64,000 nt of DNA from an uncultured Gammaproteobacteria bacterium (GTDB taxonomy: Bacteria; Patescibacteriota; Patescibacteriia; Magasanikbacterales; UBA922), in NCBI GenBank assembly GCA_964519725.1, contig CAZFKS010000003.1, positions 15,821-79,820 of the forward strand, given 5' to 3'. Positions 9,029-20,000 of this stretch are shown in pieces (the first letter of the stretch is position 1; each line of letters begins with the position of its first letter). The position numbers and the translations under genes are program-made. The notes under the pieces were generated by a model. That model was given only the letters and a program-made list of their open reading frames with translations, made no database searches and was not told the origin of the DNA.

Positions 9029-10297
9029 CTATGGAAGCAAATTTTTCAAAAATGACCTGACCCCGTCCGAAAGTTTACCAGTGGTCGCGCGCCAGGATTC
9101 ACCTTTGCTTGGACCGGCTGAGACTGCGCTCGCTCCCCATTTAACGAGACCAATGACTGAACCAAAAGCCACGTCTTGAACTTTGTCACTGATACTTTCA
9201 ACGGTGAGTGGATAGCCCAGTGCGCACGGAAGTTGTAATTCTTCTTTGGCTAATTCAACTAGGCCGCCGAGACGTGCCCCACCACCAACAAAATAAGCAC
9301 CGGCTGGCAAGAGACCACTGCGGCCAATTTTGGTCAGCTCAGCATCAACTTTCTCTAAAATTTCCGAAACGCGCGCTTCAATAATTTGACCCACGTAGTA
9401 ACGAGAAACAACTTCTGGTTGAGGTGCACCTAGGTCAGCTAAATTGATCATGTCTTTTTTAGATAAACCTTGTGCCACACACTGGCCATATTCAATTTTC
9501 ACGCGTTCGGCCACATCAATTGGAGTTTTAAGTCCAAGCGCTAAATCATTGGTAATATGTCCAGCACCCACTGGTAAAACCGCAGTGTGTAAAATATCAC
9601 CTTCTTCGTACACCACTAAACTGGTGGTTGAGTTACCCAAATTAATTACCACTGCGCCCAATTCTTTTTGGCGACCAGTTAAAACCACATCACCAGCCGC
9701 AATGACTGACAAGACAAAGTCATCGATGTTGACACCAGTACGATATACGGCTTTGGAAACATTTTTTATGTGCGCTGTCGCCCCAAAAATAATTTTGGTA
9801 TCCACTTCTAACCGGATTCCAGTCATGCCCACTGGATCTTTGATTCCAGTTTGACCATCAACTGAAAAACTCCGCGGTAAGACATGGATAATTTCGTAAT
9901 TAAGTGGTGAAGCCACAGTTTTGGAAGCTTCAAGCGCGCGGGCCACATCTTCTTCCGTAATCTCTCCGTCTGACCGGGCCACAGCTACTACCCCTTTGCT
10001 GTCTTGAGAAATAATATTAGCACCCGATAAACCAACCCACACATTTTCAATTGGCACACCCGTGACTTTTTCCGCAGTTTCTAGCGCATTAGCGAGTGAT
10101 GACACCACTTCTTCAATACTCACAATAATTCCTTTTTGGACACCTTCGGATGGAACTTCAGCGGCACCAATAATTTGCACCGTTCGATCATTTGGGTTCG
10201 CACCAGGACCGCCAACCTGACCCACGGCCACGCGGATGCTTTGGGAACCAATATCAATTCCAGTAATATATTCTGTGTGTTGTTTATTTCGGGCCAT
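9029..10297 (-). CDS. ftsA: Cell division protein FtsA (start more likely ATG 10297 than the ORF-track 10369)
   Basis: ITGIDIGSQSIRV, VPSEGVQKG, DPVGMTGIRLEV, GAGHITNDLA, GGGARL; a promoter lies just upstream of 10297. Confidence 0.95.
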   Translation of the reverse strand: MARNKQHTEYITGIDIGSQSIRVAVGQVGGPGANPNDRTVQIIGAAEVPSEGVQKGIIVSIEEVVSSLANALETAEKVTGVPIENVWVGLSGANIISQDSKGVVAVARSDGEITEEDVARALEASKTVASPLNYEIIHVLPRSFSVDGQTGIKDPVGMTGIRLEVDTKIIFGATAHIKNVSKAVYRTGVNIDDFVLSVIAAGDVVLTGRQKELGAVVINLGNSTTSLVVYEEGDILHTAVLPVGAGHITNDLALGLKTPIDVAERVKIEYGQCVAQGLSKKDMINLADLGAPQPEVVSRYYVGQIIEARVSEILEKVDAELTKIGRSGLLPAGAYFVGGGARLGGLVELAKEELQLPCALGYPLTVESISDKVQDVAFGSVIGLVKWGASAVSAGPSKGESWRATTGKLSDGVRSFLKNLLP

Positions 10298-10307
10298 AGT
10301 TGTGCCA

Positions 10308-10336
10308 ATTATACCACGGGACTTACCAGCGCTCAA
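10308..10336 (-). promoter_or_regulatory. Extended -10 promoter of ftsA
   Basis: TTGAGC (10336-10331), 17 nt, TATAAT (10313-10308) with a TG extension (TGGTATAAT). Confidence 0.65.
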
Positions 10337-10676
10337 TGACATGGGGGATAAAAATGAAACTAGCCACAATTAGGGCGGTTAAACTAGCAATTAAAACCGC
10401 GCCAGCCGCAATGTCTTTGATCACTCCTGCCTGATCAGTGAGCCTTGGTTTAATCACATCAAGCATTTTTTCTAGAGTGGTGTTGACTAATTCTAAGGCC
10501 AAAACTAAACCTGAGACCACAGTAATAGCCAGCCACTCAGCGCGAGTAACACCAAAATATAAACCAGCCAAAGCCACAACAATGAGGAGGGTTAGTTGAA
10601 CCTGCACATTTTTTTCGCGCCAAAACGCAATCCCAATCCCCCGCGCTGCGTGTTTAAAGCTGGTTAATAAACTCAT
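10323..10676 (-). CDS. dgkA: Diacylglycerol/undecaprenol kinase (prokaryotic DAGK family)
   Basis: SFKHAARGI...EKN.Q...LELVNTTLEKMLD...IKDIAAGAVL, three TM helices; the usual neighbour of ybeY. Confidence 0.9.
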   Translation of the reverse strand: MSLLTSFKHAARGIGIAFWREKNVQVQLTLLIVVALAGLYFGVTRAEWLAITVVSGLVLALELVNTTLEKMLDVIKPRLTDQAGVIKDIAAGAVLIASLTALIVASFIFIPHVIERW

Positions 10677-11104
10677 AAAACTGCGGCTAAATATTTTTCT
10701 TGTTTACCAAACATAACTTTGGCTTCAGCTTCGACCAGGTGGTCATAACCAAGAATATGAAGAGTGCCGTGAATGAGCATGCGCAAAAACTCTTCTTTGG
10801 CACTTACTTCCCAAACTTTGGCTTGGCGCTTGATTTGCGCAAGACTAATGAACATGTCACCCAACTCAGATTCGGTTTTGCCTGGCCAATTACCTTCGGT
10901 GGCCGCAAACGATAACACATCTGTCGTTTTATTTTTGCCGCGGTGCACATGGTTCATTTTTTTCATGGTCGCATCACCAATTAAGTGAACACTGATTGAA
11001 CCTTTTTTGTGTTCTCTTTGCAAAACAAAAAAAATTGTCTGTTCAATTTTTTTGTTCGATACTGGGGCTTTGGTTTTTACTTTGGAAAAAATGAGGCATT
11101 CCAT
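10673..11104 (-). CDS. ybeY: rRNA maturation endoribonuclease YbeY
   Basis: RGKNKTTDVLSF, LGDMFIS, LIHGTLHILGYDH (H3xH5xH motif). Confidence 0.95.
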   Translation of the reverse strand: MECLIFSKVKTKAPVSNKKIEQTIFFVLQREHKKGSISVHLIGDATMKKMNHVHRGKNKTTDVLSFAATEGNWPGKTESELGDMFISLAQIKRQAKVWEVSAKEEFLRMLIHGTLHILGYDHLVEAEAKVMFGKQEKYLAAVL

Positions 11105-11105
11105 A

Positions 11106-12161
11106 TTAGGTTGAAGAAGTGGTCACAGCCGGCGCCGTGTCAGTAATTCCCACTCCTTTGACCCGCAAACTCTCCAGCATCATCCGGAAAATGTGACGGA
11201 AATTAATTGGACTATTTGTAGCTGGATGATAAATTAAAACCAAAACACTGTTTGGCATATCAACATAAGCTGACAAATCATCTTTGCGGCGAAGATAGGA
11301 AATTTTGAAACGATTGACTCCGCTTTCTAAATCAGTAATCCGCTCACTAGTCGCTGCCCGACCAAACCAGGTGCCAAAATCTTCACCAGAATTTTTTGGA
11401 TATTGCCGGACTTCAATATAATCACCATTGGCGGCTGTAATTAAAATGGTATTTCCAGCGGGATCAATGGTGCCAACAGTCCAAGGCACTGGGTAATACA
11501 AACGGTAAGCATCGGCTGGCGCTACGTACTCACGGACCAAACCTGAGTCAATAATTCGAACTGGAGCCAGGCCCTTTGGGTTGTACAAATTTCCCACTTC
11601 TTGGCCGTCATAATATTCGTCTTTGTCAGTATCAAACACTGAGGGATCAGTCCCAAACACTTCTTCTTCAGCGTCAGTTAGACCATCAGCATCAAAATCT
11701 GTGGTATCAATTTGATTAATGGTTGAAAATTCTAACGCTAGTTCAGATAAACTAGGTAAATTTGACGTTGTGCTTGAAGGCGTAGTTTCATCAGTACTAG
11801 TTGGGGTAATAATTTCTGTAGTTGTAGTTGGTGTAACAATCGCGACTTCGGCTGGTTTTTTCTCAGTGGTAACAGTTTTAGCTGGAGTATCTAGTCGCAA
11901 ATAATTCCAGTAATACCAGCCTGCAGCGGCACAAGCACTGACAAAAATAAAAATCATGACCGCGGCAATAAGTTTGGTTCGGACTGGACTGACTACATCA
12001 GAACTTGGGGCTGAAATTTTAGGAGTCAGAACTTTACCTGAGCTAGTACTAGTCTGTACCGCCTCTGGATCATTACCACCATAAAACACTTCGGGAATGG
12101 TCATGACCGAAGCATTAGCATTTACCGGCGCTGGCGTGGATTGGTGACCGCGACCAAACAT
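11106..12161 (-). CDS. Membrane-anchored protein with Ca-binding TSP3-like repeats and a PsbP-like C-terminal region
   Basis: One TM helix, Thr-rich linker, DFDADGLTDAEE..FGTDP..FDTDKDEYYDGQEV..LYNP.G, then YRLYYPVPW. Confidence 0.75.
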   Translation of the reverse strand: MFGRGHQSTPAPVNANASVMTIPEVFYGGNDPEAVQTSTSSGKVLTPKISAPSSDVVSPVRTKLIAAVMIFIFVSACAAAGWYYWNYLRLDTPAKTVTTEKKPAEVAIVTPTTTTEIITPTSTDETTPSSTTSNLPSLSELALEFSTINQIDTTDFDADGLTDAEEEVFGTDPSVFDTDKDEYYDGQEVGNLYNPKGLAPVRIIDSGLVREYVAPADAYRLYYPVPWTVGTIDPAGNTILITAANGDYIEVRQYPKNSGEDFGTWFGRAATSERITDLESGVNRFKISYLRRKDDLSAYVDMPNSVLVLIYHPATNSPINFRHIFRMMLESLRVKGVGITDTAPAVTTSST

Positions 12162-12163
12162 AA

Positions 12164-13114
12164 TTATTTTGTGGTTGTCGCTGTAGCAGCTGTCGCACTG
12201 GTTGAGGTTGGGGTTGGGAACAATTTACCATCTCCACGCGGGTTATAACCATTGCGGATTTCCATACCATCTGGATAAGTATCACCATCAGTATCATTTT
12301 TCTTTGGATCAGTTTTCCACGTTAACACTTCATCACCATCACTAAGCGTATCGCTGTCTGTGTCCCAAAGCAGCATGTCAGTGCCGATTTTCTTTTCGTA
12401 TTCATCATCAAGACCATCGCTATCAGTATCTAACGTTGGTTCACCAAATAAAATCCGACTATCAGTACTACTAGCATTACCATTTGTTTGTTCTGTAGTT
12501 TCGGTATTTTCGGTTGGGGTTGTATTTGGTGTAGTGGTAGCTACTGGTAAACTTGGAACCACTGGCGAACTACTTGGGTTAATATAAGTAAAATAAACCC
12601 AGGCTCCAGCCGCACTAACCACACCTAAACTCAAAACCACCATTAAAGTTACCCAGACTTTGCGCCCGCCCATTGGGTCACGGAGCATATTGTCAGGTGG
12701 GGTCCCAGCCATGGTGTTCATTGGTGCGTTCATTCCCGCACCTTGACCCAGACCAGCCAAACCACGCATGGCTCCAGTTTGAGCTGGTGGCATGGTTGGG
12801 TTCAGTGATGGTGCTTGGCGAACTGGTGCCGTTGGTGTGGCCACCGTTGGCAGTGGCGGTAAATCTGGCAAGTCCATACCTTCCATGTCTTCATCAGCCA
12901 CTGGAATTGATGGTGGCAATGGACTGCGTGGTTTGAGCACTCCAGCATCCAAAGCTGACGGCACCATTGGCGCAGGCTCAGTTGGCAAAGAAACATTAGG
13001 TGGAGAAGAAAAATCAGCGCCCATGGCCGAACTATCTGAACCAGCAAACATGTCGTCTGGCTCACCGACTGGTAAATTTGGTGGCGTAGTGTTTGGGGTC
13101 TGATTATCAAACAT
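12164..13114 (-). CDS. Membrane-anchored protein with a Pro-rich cytoplasmic N-terminus and TSP3-like repeats
   Basis: Pro-rich disordered region, one TM helix, DTDSDGLDDEYE..IGTD...DTDSDTLSDGDEV...TDP...DTDGDTYPDGMEI..GYNP.G. Confidence 0.75.
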   Translation of the reverse strand: MFDNQTPNTTPPNLPVGEPDDMFAGSDSSAMGADFSSPPNVSLPTEPAPMVPSALDAGVLKPRSPLPPSIPVADEDMEGMDLPDLPPLPTVATPTAPVRQAPSLNPTMPPAQTGAMRGLAGLGQGAGMNAPMNTMAGTPPDNMLRDPMGGRKVWVTLMVVLSLGVVSAAGAWVYFTYINPSSSPVVPSLPVATTTPNTTPTENTETTEQTNGNASSTDSRILFGEPTLDTDSDGLDDEYEKKIGTDMLLWDTDSDTLSDGDEVLTWKTDPKKNDTDGDTYPDGMEIRNGYNPRGDGKLFPTPTSTSATAATATTTK

Positions 13115-13115
13115 A

Positions 13116-14039
13116 CTAGTTCTTTTTTACTTCGTAATTTTTAACAACTGCTTTAAGATACAAAGTTGTTTCAGCCTTAAGCTGTGGTTTAAGCAATTTA
13201 ACATTAATGAATTTAAGCGAACTAGTAGTTACGCTGGCCGCACGGTTACCTGTCCCCATCGGGTTGTAACCTTGCAGTACTTCAACCGCATCAGTGTAAC
13301 CATCATTATCTGAATCCCGAGAATTTGGGTCAGTGCCGTATTTTTCTAATTCGACTCGGTCACTAAGACCATCACCATCAGTGTCAAAATTTTCACTACT
13401 GAGACCAAGGTCAGCTTCGGCAGCATCATCAATTCCGTCACGGTCTTTATCTTTGGCTTTGACTGGACGCACAATCCCTGAAGCGTCAGGCGTTCGAGCC
13501 GCAGTCCGGCTCTCAATAAAAGCAGCGACCGTAGTTCTTTGGTTGCGTAAAGCAGTGACCGCATCAGTAACTTTGGTTTTATCAGTTTCATTGGTTATAT
13601 TACCAGCAATATCACGGAGCAAGTCTTCGGCTGCACCAAAGTACACTTCAACACTATCTACCAGATCAGCTTTGACTTCTTCGTTTCCGTCTTGCCAACG
13701 CTCGAGCCGCTTGCTCACTACTTCTGACAAAACAGCGGCCCGTTCCACTAATTTAGAGGCTTTGCTGTCAGTAGTGCTACCAAGCTGGGCACTCGCAATA
13801 ATATTGGCGAGGTGTAAATTATCACTAGCAAACTGTACTCGCAAATCAGTATCAGACTCTTCATTAAAGGTAAACCACAATTGCATCCGTTGATTTAAGT
13901 CGCGAAAAAATAAAGAGACAGCGCCTGGGACATCCTGGCTTGGCGGAGCTGACGTGGTGCGAGTTTGGGCCAAAGTTACGGCTGGCACCAAACTTAACAC
14001 AAGCATTGAGATGGCGACGAGCTTTAAGAGTTGTTTCAT
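13116..14039 (-). CDS. Secreted helical (DUF5667-like) protein with TSP3-like repeats
   Basis: Signal peptide, PG..SLFFRDLNQRMQLWFTF helical domain, DKDRDGIDD/DTDGDGLSD/DSDNDGYTD...GYNP.G. Confidence 0.7.
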   Translation of the reverse strand: MKQLLKLVAISMLVLSLVPAVTLAQTRTTSAPPSQDVPGAVSLFFRDLNQRMQLWFTFNEESDTDLRVQFASDNLHLANIIASAQLGSTTDSKASKLVERAAVLSEVVSKRLERWQDGNEEVKADLVDSVEVYFGAAEDLLRDIAGNITNETDKTKVTDAVTALRNQRTTVAAFIESRTAARTPDASGIVRPVKAKDKDRDGIDDAAEADLGLSSENFDTDGDGLSDRVELEKYGTDPNSRDSDNDGYTDAVEVLQGYNPMGTGNRAASVTTSSLKFINVKLLKPQLKAETTLYLKAVVKNYEVKKN

Positions 14040-14050
14040 AATTATTACTA

Positions 14051-14059
14051 ATTATACCA
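14051..14059 (-). promoter_or_regulatory. Extended -10 element for the TSP3 gene cluster
   Basis: TGGTATAAT within the same CCGTGGTATAAT context found upstream of ftsA. Confidence 0.55.
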
Positions 14060-14076
14060 CGGTCAAAAAATTAATT

Positions 14077-17000
14077 CTATTGACTACAACTTTCACCTGG
14101 AATGTGATTCAGAGTTGAACAAAAAGTACTCTGCAACATACCATCAGCGTATTCACCAGTGACTGTACCAGAACTATTGGTTTGTGGAACTTTTTTAACT
14201 ACATACACATTCCCCTCTTTGACTAAATTGAATGCGTGCCAATATTGCGCCGCACTTGGATTAGATGTACTTGAACCAGTATTTTTAATACTGAAAGTGT
14301 AGGTTGGACCATAAATTGAATAGAGTGGTACTTGGCCGTCGCGATATTCGTACACCCGAACTTGGAGGTCGCCGTTGCGCTGGGCAGGCAAACCACTGGA
14401 ACCATATTCACCAACCAAGAAAGCAAATGGCTTAGTACTATTGGTTGGAGGTTTAATGGTAAATGCAATGGTTTGCACAGTTTTTGAATTTACTTGCTCA
14501 GAAATTTTTACACCATTGACTTCACGACACAGGTACCGCGCTTTACTACTGTAAGGTAATTTGTTAGCAAAGGTACGGAAACCCAGGGCGTTTGGTGCCC
14601 AGTATCCTGCAATTTGGCTCATGTTATTGCACGCATCAATCGTAGGCGGAACAAATTTATTGACTTCGTTCATCCAAGCTTCGAGGCCATCTTTAATCTC
14701 TTCATCAGAGCAAATACTACCGCCATTGTCAGCTTCTGATCGAGGTTGGCCATAAACATCAACACAAGGATGTTCCTGGTAAGTACTGTCATTGTTAATC
14801 ATATCAACCACGGTTTGCAGATTTGGAATCAGAGTTTGTGCAGTGGCTGCAGTCAAATAATCAATGAGTGAATCTTCTTTTACGGCCGTACTGCCTGTAC
14901 TTGGAGTTTCATCATTGTAAACCAGGCCATTGAATTTTGCGTTCGTGTCAGTCCAACTCATCACCACCCGGAAAGTACTTGGTGGTACTGCCGGTGAGTA
15001 GAAAATTTGTTGTTCAATTTTATCAGCCTGCCCATTTACTGGGAAGACAAAAGTGCTACCATTTAAATCTGAGCCTTTAATTGTACTGGCAGTTGAACCA
15101 TTTTTTACAACTTTAGCCGCATTAAAGACAACTGTGTATTTGTTAGTACACTGATTATTAGTTTGAATGTAGTCATCTATATCGCCAGTTACACCATTAA
15201 CCATGCGGCGCAAATTAAGTGCAGTGTTATTATTAGCATATTTGGTGAGCCCACTTGAAAGAGCCTGTTTTTGTGCATTGGTGCCAGTTTGATTGGCGTC
15301 TAAGCCGCGGAATAAGGAGATGGTGTAACTATCATCGTACAGGTCACCAAAGCTTTGGGTAGCTGGAACAAGTGGATTAATAACCCGAACTTGTGGTAAT
15401 GCACCTTTCTCAAAAAAACCACATTGCAAACATTGCGGTATTACGGTTTTACAACTTGAACAAGAATACGAACCAAATTCTGAACAACTAGCCACAAAGG
15501 TAGATGGAGTGCAATTTGAGTATTTTTTGTTACAAGCAGCATTACAATCAGCGTTACCATTACAGGTTAAGAGACATTCTTGCAGGCCGACTCCACAGTC
15601 AGAAGTATTGCCTGAACCACTCAGTGCGATAATACTACCATCACTCTTAGTTTCACATTTTTCACCTGGATCAAGCGTGCCATTACCACAGTAAACTAAA
15701 TTATCAGTGGTTAAAATCTTACAACCCTTACCACAATAACTGCAGTATTTTTCACCAGTTACTGGTACACATTTTACATCATTATTTTTTCCCGCATCGC
15801 ACTCCTCACCTAACTCTTTTTCCAAAACACCGTTTCCACACTGAGCGGCTGCAGTATCTGGCGGCAAGTTATTCACCCCTCCTGGTACATAAATTCCATT
15901 ACAACTAACCACATCTGGAGCAAGAACTGCTAACACAAAATCACTGATCTTAGAAGATACTCCTAATTTAGAATAATTACTATCACAACCAAGTACAGTT
16001 GAACCAATTTTTACTTCTTTACACGTTAAATTGGCCGCGGCGCATAAACTACGTGGCGTGGCGGCATTACAAGAACTTTCTGATAAAAAGCCGCCGCTAA
16101 TTGGAAGGGTGAAATTAGTAACACCATTTTCAATGGTTGATTTAGCTTCCACCGCTTTGAGACAACTAATTGCTGGCAATTTACAATTGGCCATACATTT
16201 AGCATCGTCTTTGGTATTACCATCATCACACTCCTCACCTTTATCAGTTTGGGTAAGGCCATCACCACAATACGCGCCGTATTCCTGACAATCCCAAGCA
16301 CATGATTTGGCTTGAGCCGCATTATAATTGGCTGTAAACAAACTACCTGGGACTGACGGGTCACAGAATTCAAGAGCTTTACCAGTTGAGTCTTTGTCGA
16401 GTTTACCATTACCACAATAGCCAGCGGCCGCCAGGCCAGTACATCCAGGGGCGCCATCAGTAGGAGCATTACAGTGACCGTAGGTGCCATTTAGAGCACC
16501 ATCATCGCAACTTTCACCACCCTCGACAATCCCATTACCACAAGAACCAGCACTACCACAAGAACCATATTGCCAAGTACAAGAATTGGTACAGGTGCGG
16601 GTAACAATTTGGTTAGCTGGACACTGAACCGTACCATAACCACTTGGCACACAAGTATCAGAGGTAAAGGTAGCTGTCTTAGTTAAAGTTTCATTACAGT
16701 AAAAATTAGGCTTTTCTGAATTGTAGTAGTTGGCAAAATCACCAAGCCCACTTGGGGCTTTGGCTAGGGTTTTAGCGGCCGGATCATACGATGCCAAACC
16801 AAGATTAGTTAAATTATTTCCTGCATCATAGTTTCGATCAACCTGACAATTGGCGTTTGAACTACAAGACACTAATTCAAATTCATCATTACCTTGGCGC
16901 GGCATGGTTCGGTACGGTAGTAAAATAGCTGATCCACGGTTAACAGCGCAGACCCCTTGTTTTCCATCCGCTACGTGTACTTTGGCTGCGGGTGATCCGG

Positions 17001-20000
17001 TAGCAAAGTTTTGTGAATATTGACCACATTGAGCTGCGGTGGTGCAAGATTTAGAACTAGCCCATGATGCACATTTAAACGTAGTGGCATTTTGAATTTC
17101 AGTCACTTGTTCAATTGTTCCTGGCGGTTCACATTGTTCGTTAGCATTTAAAACCCCGTCACCACATTTTTCACTAAATGGATTGTACGCGCCAGAAGCA
17201 CAACCAGCCCAGCGACTAGAGCTAAAGTTAGCCACATTTACTTGGTCTTTAGTAACCTGGTCATTAACCGTGAAGAATTCAAGTGGAGCGTGGAAAATAT
17301 AAGACCGAGTACTTGGGACATATTCATATTCGTAAACACTGGCGTATTTTGGACAGTAATACGTAGTGTTGCCCGCGTTCCAACAGGTTTGCTTGTCATC
17401 AGCCTGACAATTGGTCCACTGGTTAAGTGGATCAGTTGGGAGTCCACCCACTAACGTTTGTAGTGTGCCCCATGATTGACCCCAACGTGATACCGTGTAA
17501 CCCGGTGCAAATGAGCCACCTGCCAAATCACCTTTAAAATCAAATTTATCTTTGTTAGCCGCAAAGTATTCATCAATGTTTTCTTGGGCTGTACGAACAT
17601 CAGCTAGGCGCTTCCAATCACGTTGGAATTTAGTGCGTGCGTTGGAACAAACACCACTGGTTCCAGCCAAAGCCACGCCTTCGGCATCGCGACAATTAAA
17701 ATCAGTCGTACACTGAGTGGCACTAAACAGATTTGGATTAGTGCGAATATTTCCACCAGGTTTTAAACAATAACCATGGTTAGTAACATTAATGTTGAAT
17801 TGCAAATTATCAATGAATTTCTTAAACACAGCCCGACTTTCATCACTCGCATTTGGATTAATACTGAACAAATAAATATTACTGTAAACTTTATCATCAG
17901 TTGGTGAGCTACTGGCGCCCGGAGCTAAATTCAAGGCTTGAACATAGTAATTATTATTGTCAGTCAGGGCGCGGTAACCACCAACGGTTGTAGCTTGCAT
18001 TGAGCCAGTGGTACCAAATTTCTTTTCATACCATTCGACGAGTGGTTCTTCACTCGAGAAAACTTGAATCCCAATCGCGTCCTCATTTTTATCATTGAAG
18101 AATACTAATTTGCGGAGCGTATCAGTTGAGCCAGGCACACCACCCAGTGATAAAGCATCTTTTAACAGCGGTAAATCATCACTGGCATCACCAGCTTTAC
18201 CGCTGTCAGCACAATAACCAGTAGAAAAATTATACTCAGTGTCTTTGTATGGGAAATTAGCTTCACTTGGCCATGGACGTTCACAGAAGAATGCAGTCAA
18301 TTGGAACGTGCCACTAAAAATTTTACCCTTTTGATTATTTTCTGTGCTCGCATCTTCAGTCACAATTGCTTGCGCTACACCAGTTACTTCACCAGCTACA
18401 TTTTTAGCAGTTACATTTAATTTATTAGTTGGTGTTTGCGGTGCAAAATCAAAGACTGGATTGTTTTGTGGTAACCAAGCCCAATCCCAGCGGTAACCCG
18501 CGACTGGGACAATTTTACCGGTCGTGCCCGCGTCATCAGTAAAGCCAAGCGCAGTAAAGGTGGCTGAAGTATTTGGTTTTTTGAATAAATAGCTTGTTGG
18601 GTCAACGACTACACCAGATAATTTACAAATTTTCGCGCCAGTTTTGAAGAACCAGGAATCATTACGACTGTTATTTTCGCTATCTGGTTTTGAGCCAAGT
18701 GGAACACCGCGCACATCAGTAATACCACCGCGATCACCACGGAGTAGCACACCGTACACAGTGGTTGGTTCAAGCGCCTGACTAATTGCCAGTGAAGCTA
18801 CGGTTGCTTTGGTACTATCTGGTTTGGTAATGGTGTGTGACTCAGTGGTCACTGGCATGCCAACTGAACACCAGGTTTTAATATTTTTAAATTCTGACAA
18901 ATCAGTCACAGTGGTAGCGGTTGCTGAATTTCCCAGCAAATCATGGAACCAAGCCACAATACGCTGCCACAGTCTGGCCCAGAACCCAAGATCTGGAGTT
19001 TCACCAGCCACAGTTTTTTTAACGTAACTAGTGAAGTCTTGGCCATTCACAGGATCAGCGGTACAATCAAAATTTGACTCTGTAAAGCCACGTACCAAGA
19101 ACATGTTTTGGGAAATGGTGTCAGAGTTTAATTCTTTGCTAAATTCAACTTCAATATTGGTGTTGCGACACACACCCGCACTAAAGAAACCAGCGCCATC
19201 AGCTGGGCTTTCTGCCACCCGTTTTGGTCGCAATTGACAACATGATTGACCATCGACACCTTTGCTATTATCATAATTATTTGGACAATCATTGTACGCA
19301 TTACCCTCAACATCTGCGTCAATTTTGGACAAACTAATTGGTTGATCAAATTCTTGGTAACCACATTGCAGGCGATAATCAGCCGTACTGCTCACAGTTT
19401 TATTTTCGGTCACCGTGTTCACGTGGATATCAGTTTGCTGGTAGGTTTGACCAGCCACTAAACTACCCTGACCAACTGCTTCCACTAATTGAGTTGGGCC
19501 AGCCGTATTACTGCTATCACCACTTGGTAATTCACAACTTTTGTTTTCACCAATACCAATCGTAGTGTCACCACAAATTGATGGCGTGCTGTAACTAGTT
19601 TTTGAACCTTGAAGCGTACACTTATTAGTACAACCTAAGTCACCAGCCTGGCATGGACGTTTATCAGCTGGTAAACCGCAAGCATCAATAAACAAACACT
19701 GCGAGCTACAAACACCAGCTCCAGACGCATTTGGGCCACTAATTTCACAATCTTCAGCCTGCTCAATAATACCATTACCACAGACACTCACGCTGTTCAA
19801 ACAGGCTGGATTAGTACCAAAATTAGCTTGATTATCTTTACACCAGAAACTCGCGACTTTGGTGCCAGCATGCAAACATTGATTAGTACAACCTGCTTTT
19901 GTAGCTGGATCATTTGGATCACACAGTTCTTGGCCAGCTGTTACAAAAGAGTCGCCACAATTAGCCACACCAACGGTGGTATTACCTGTCGTTGAACCTT

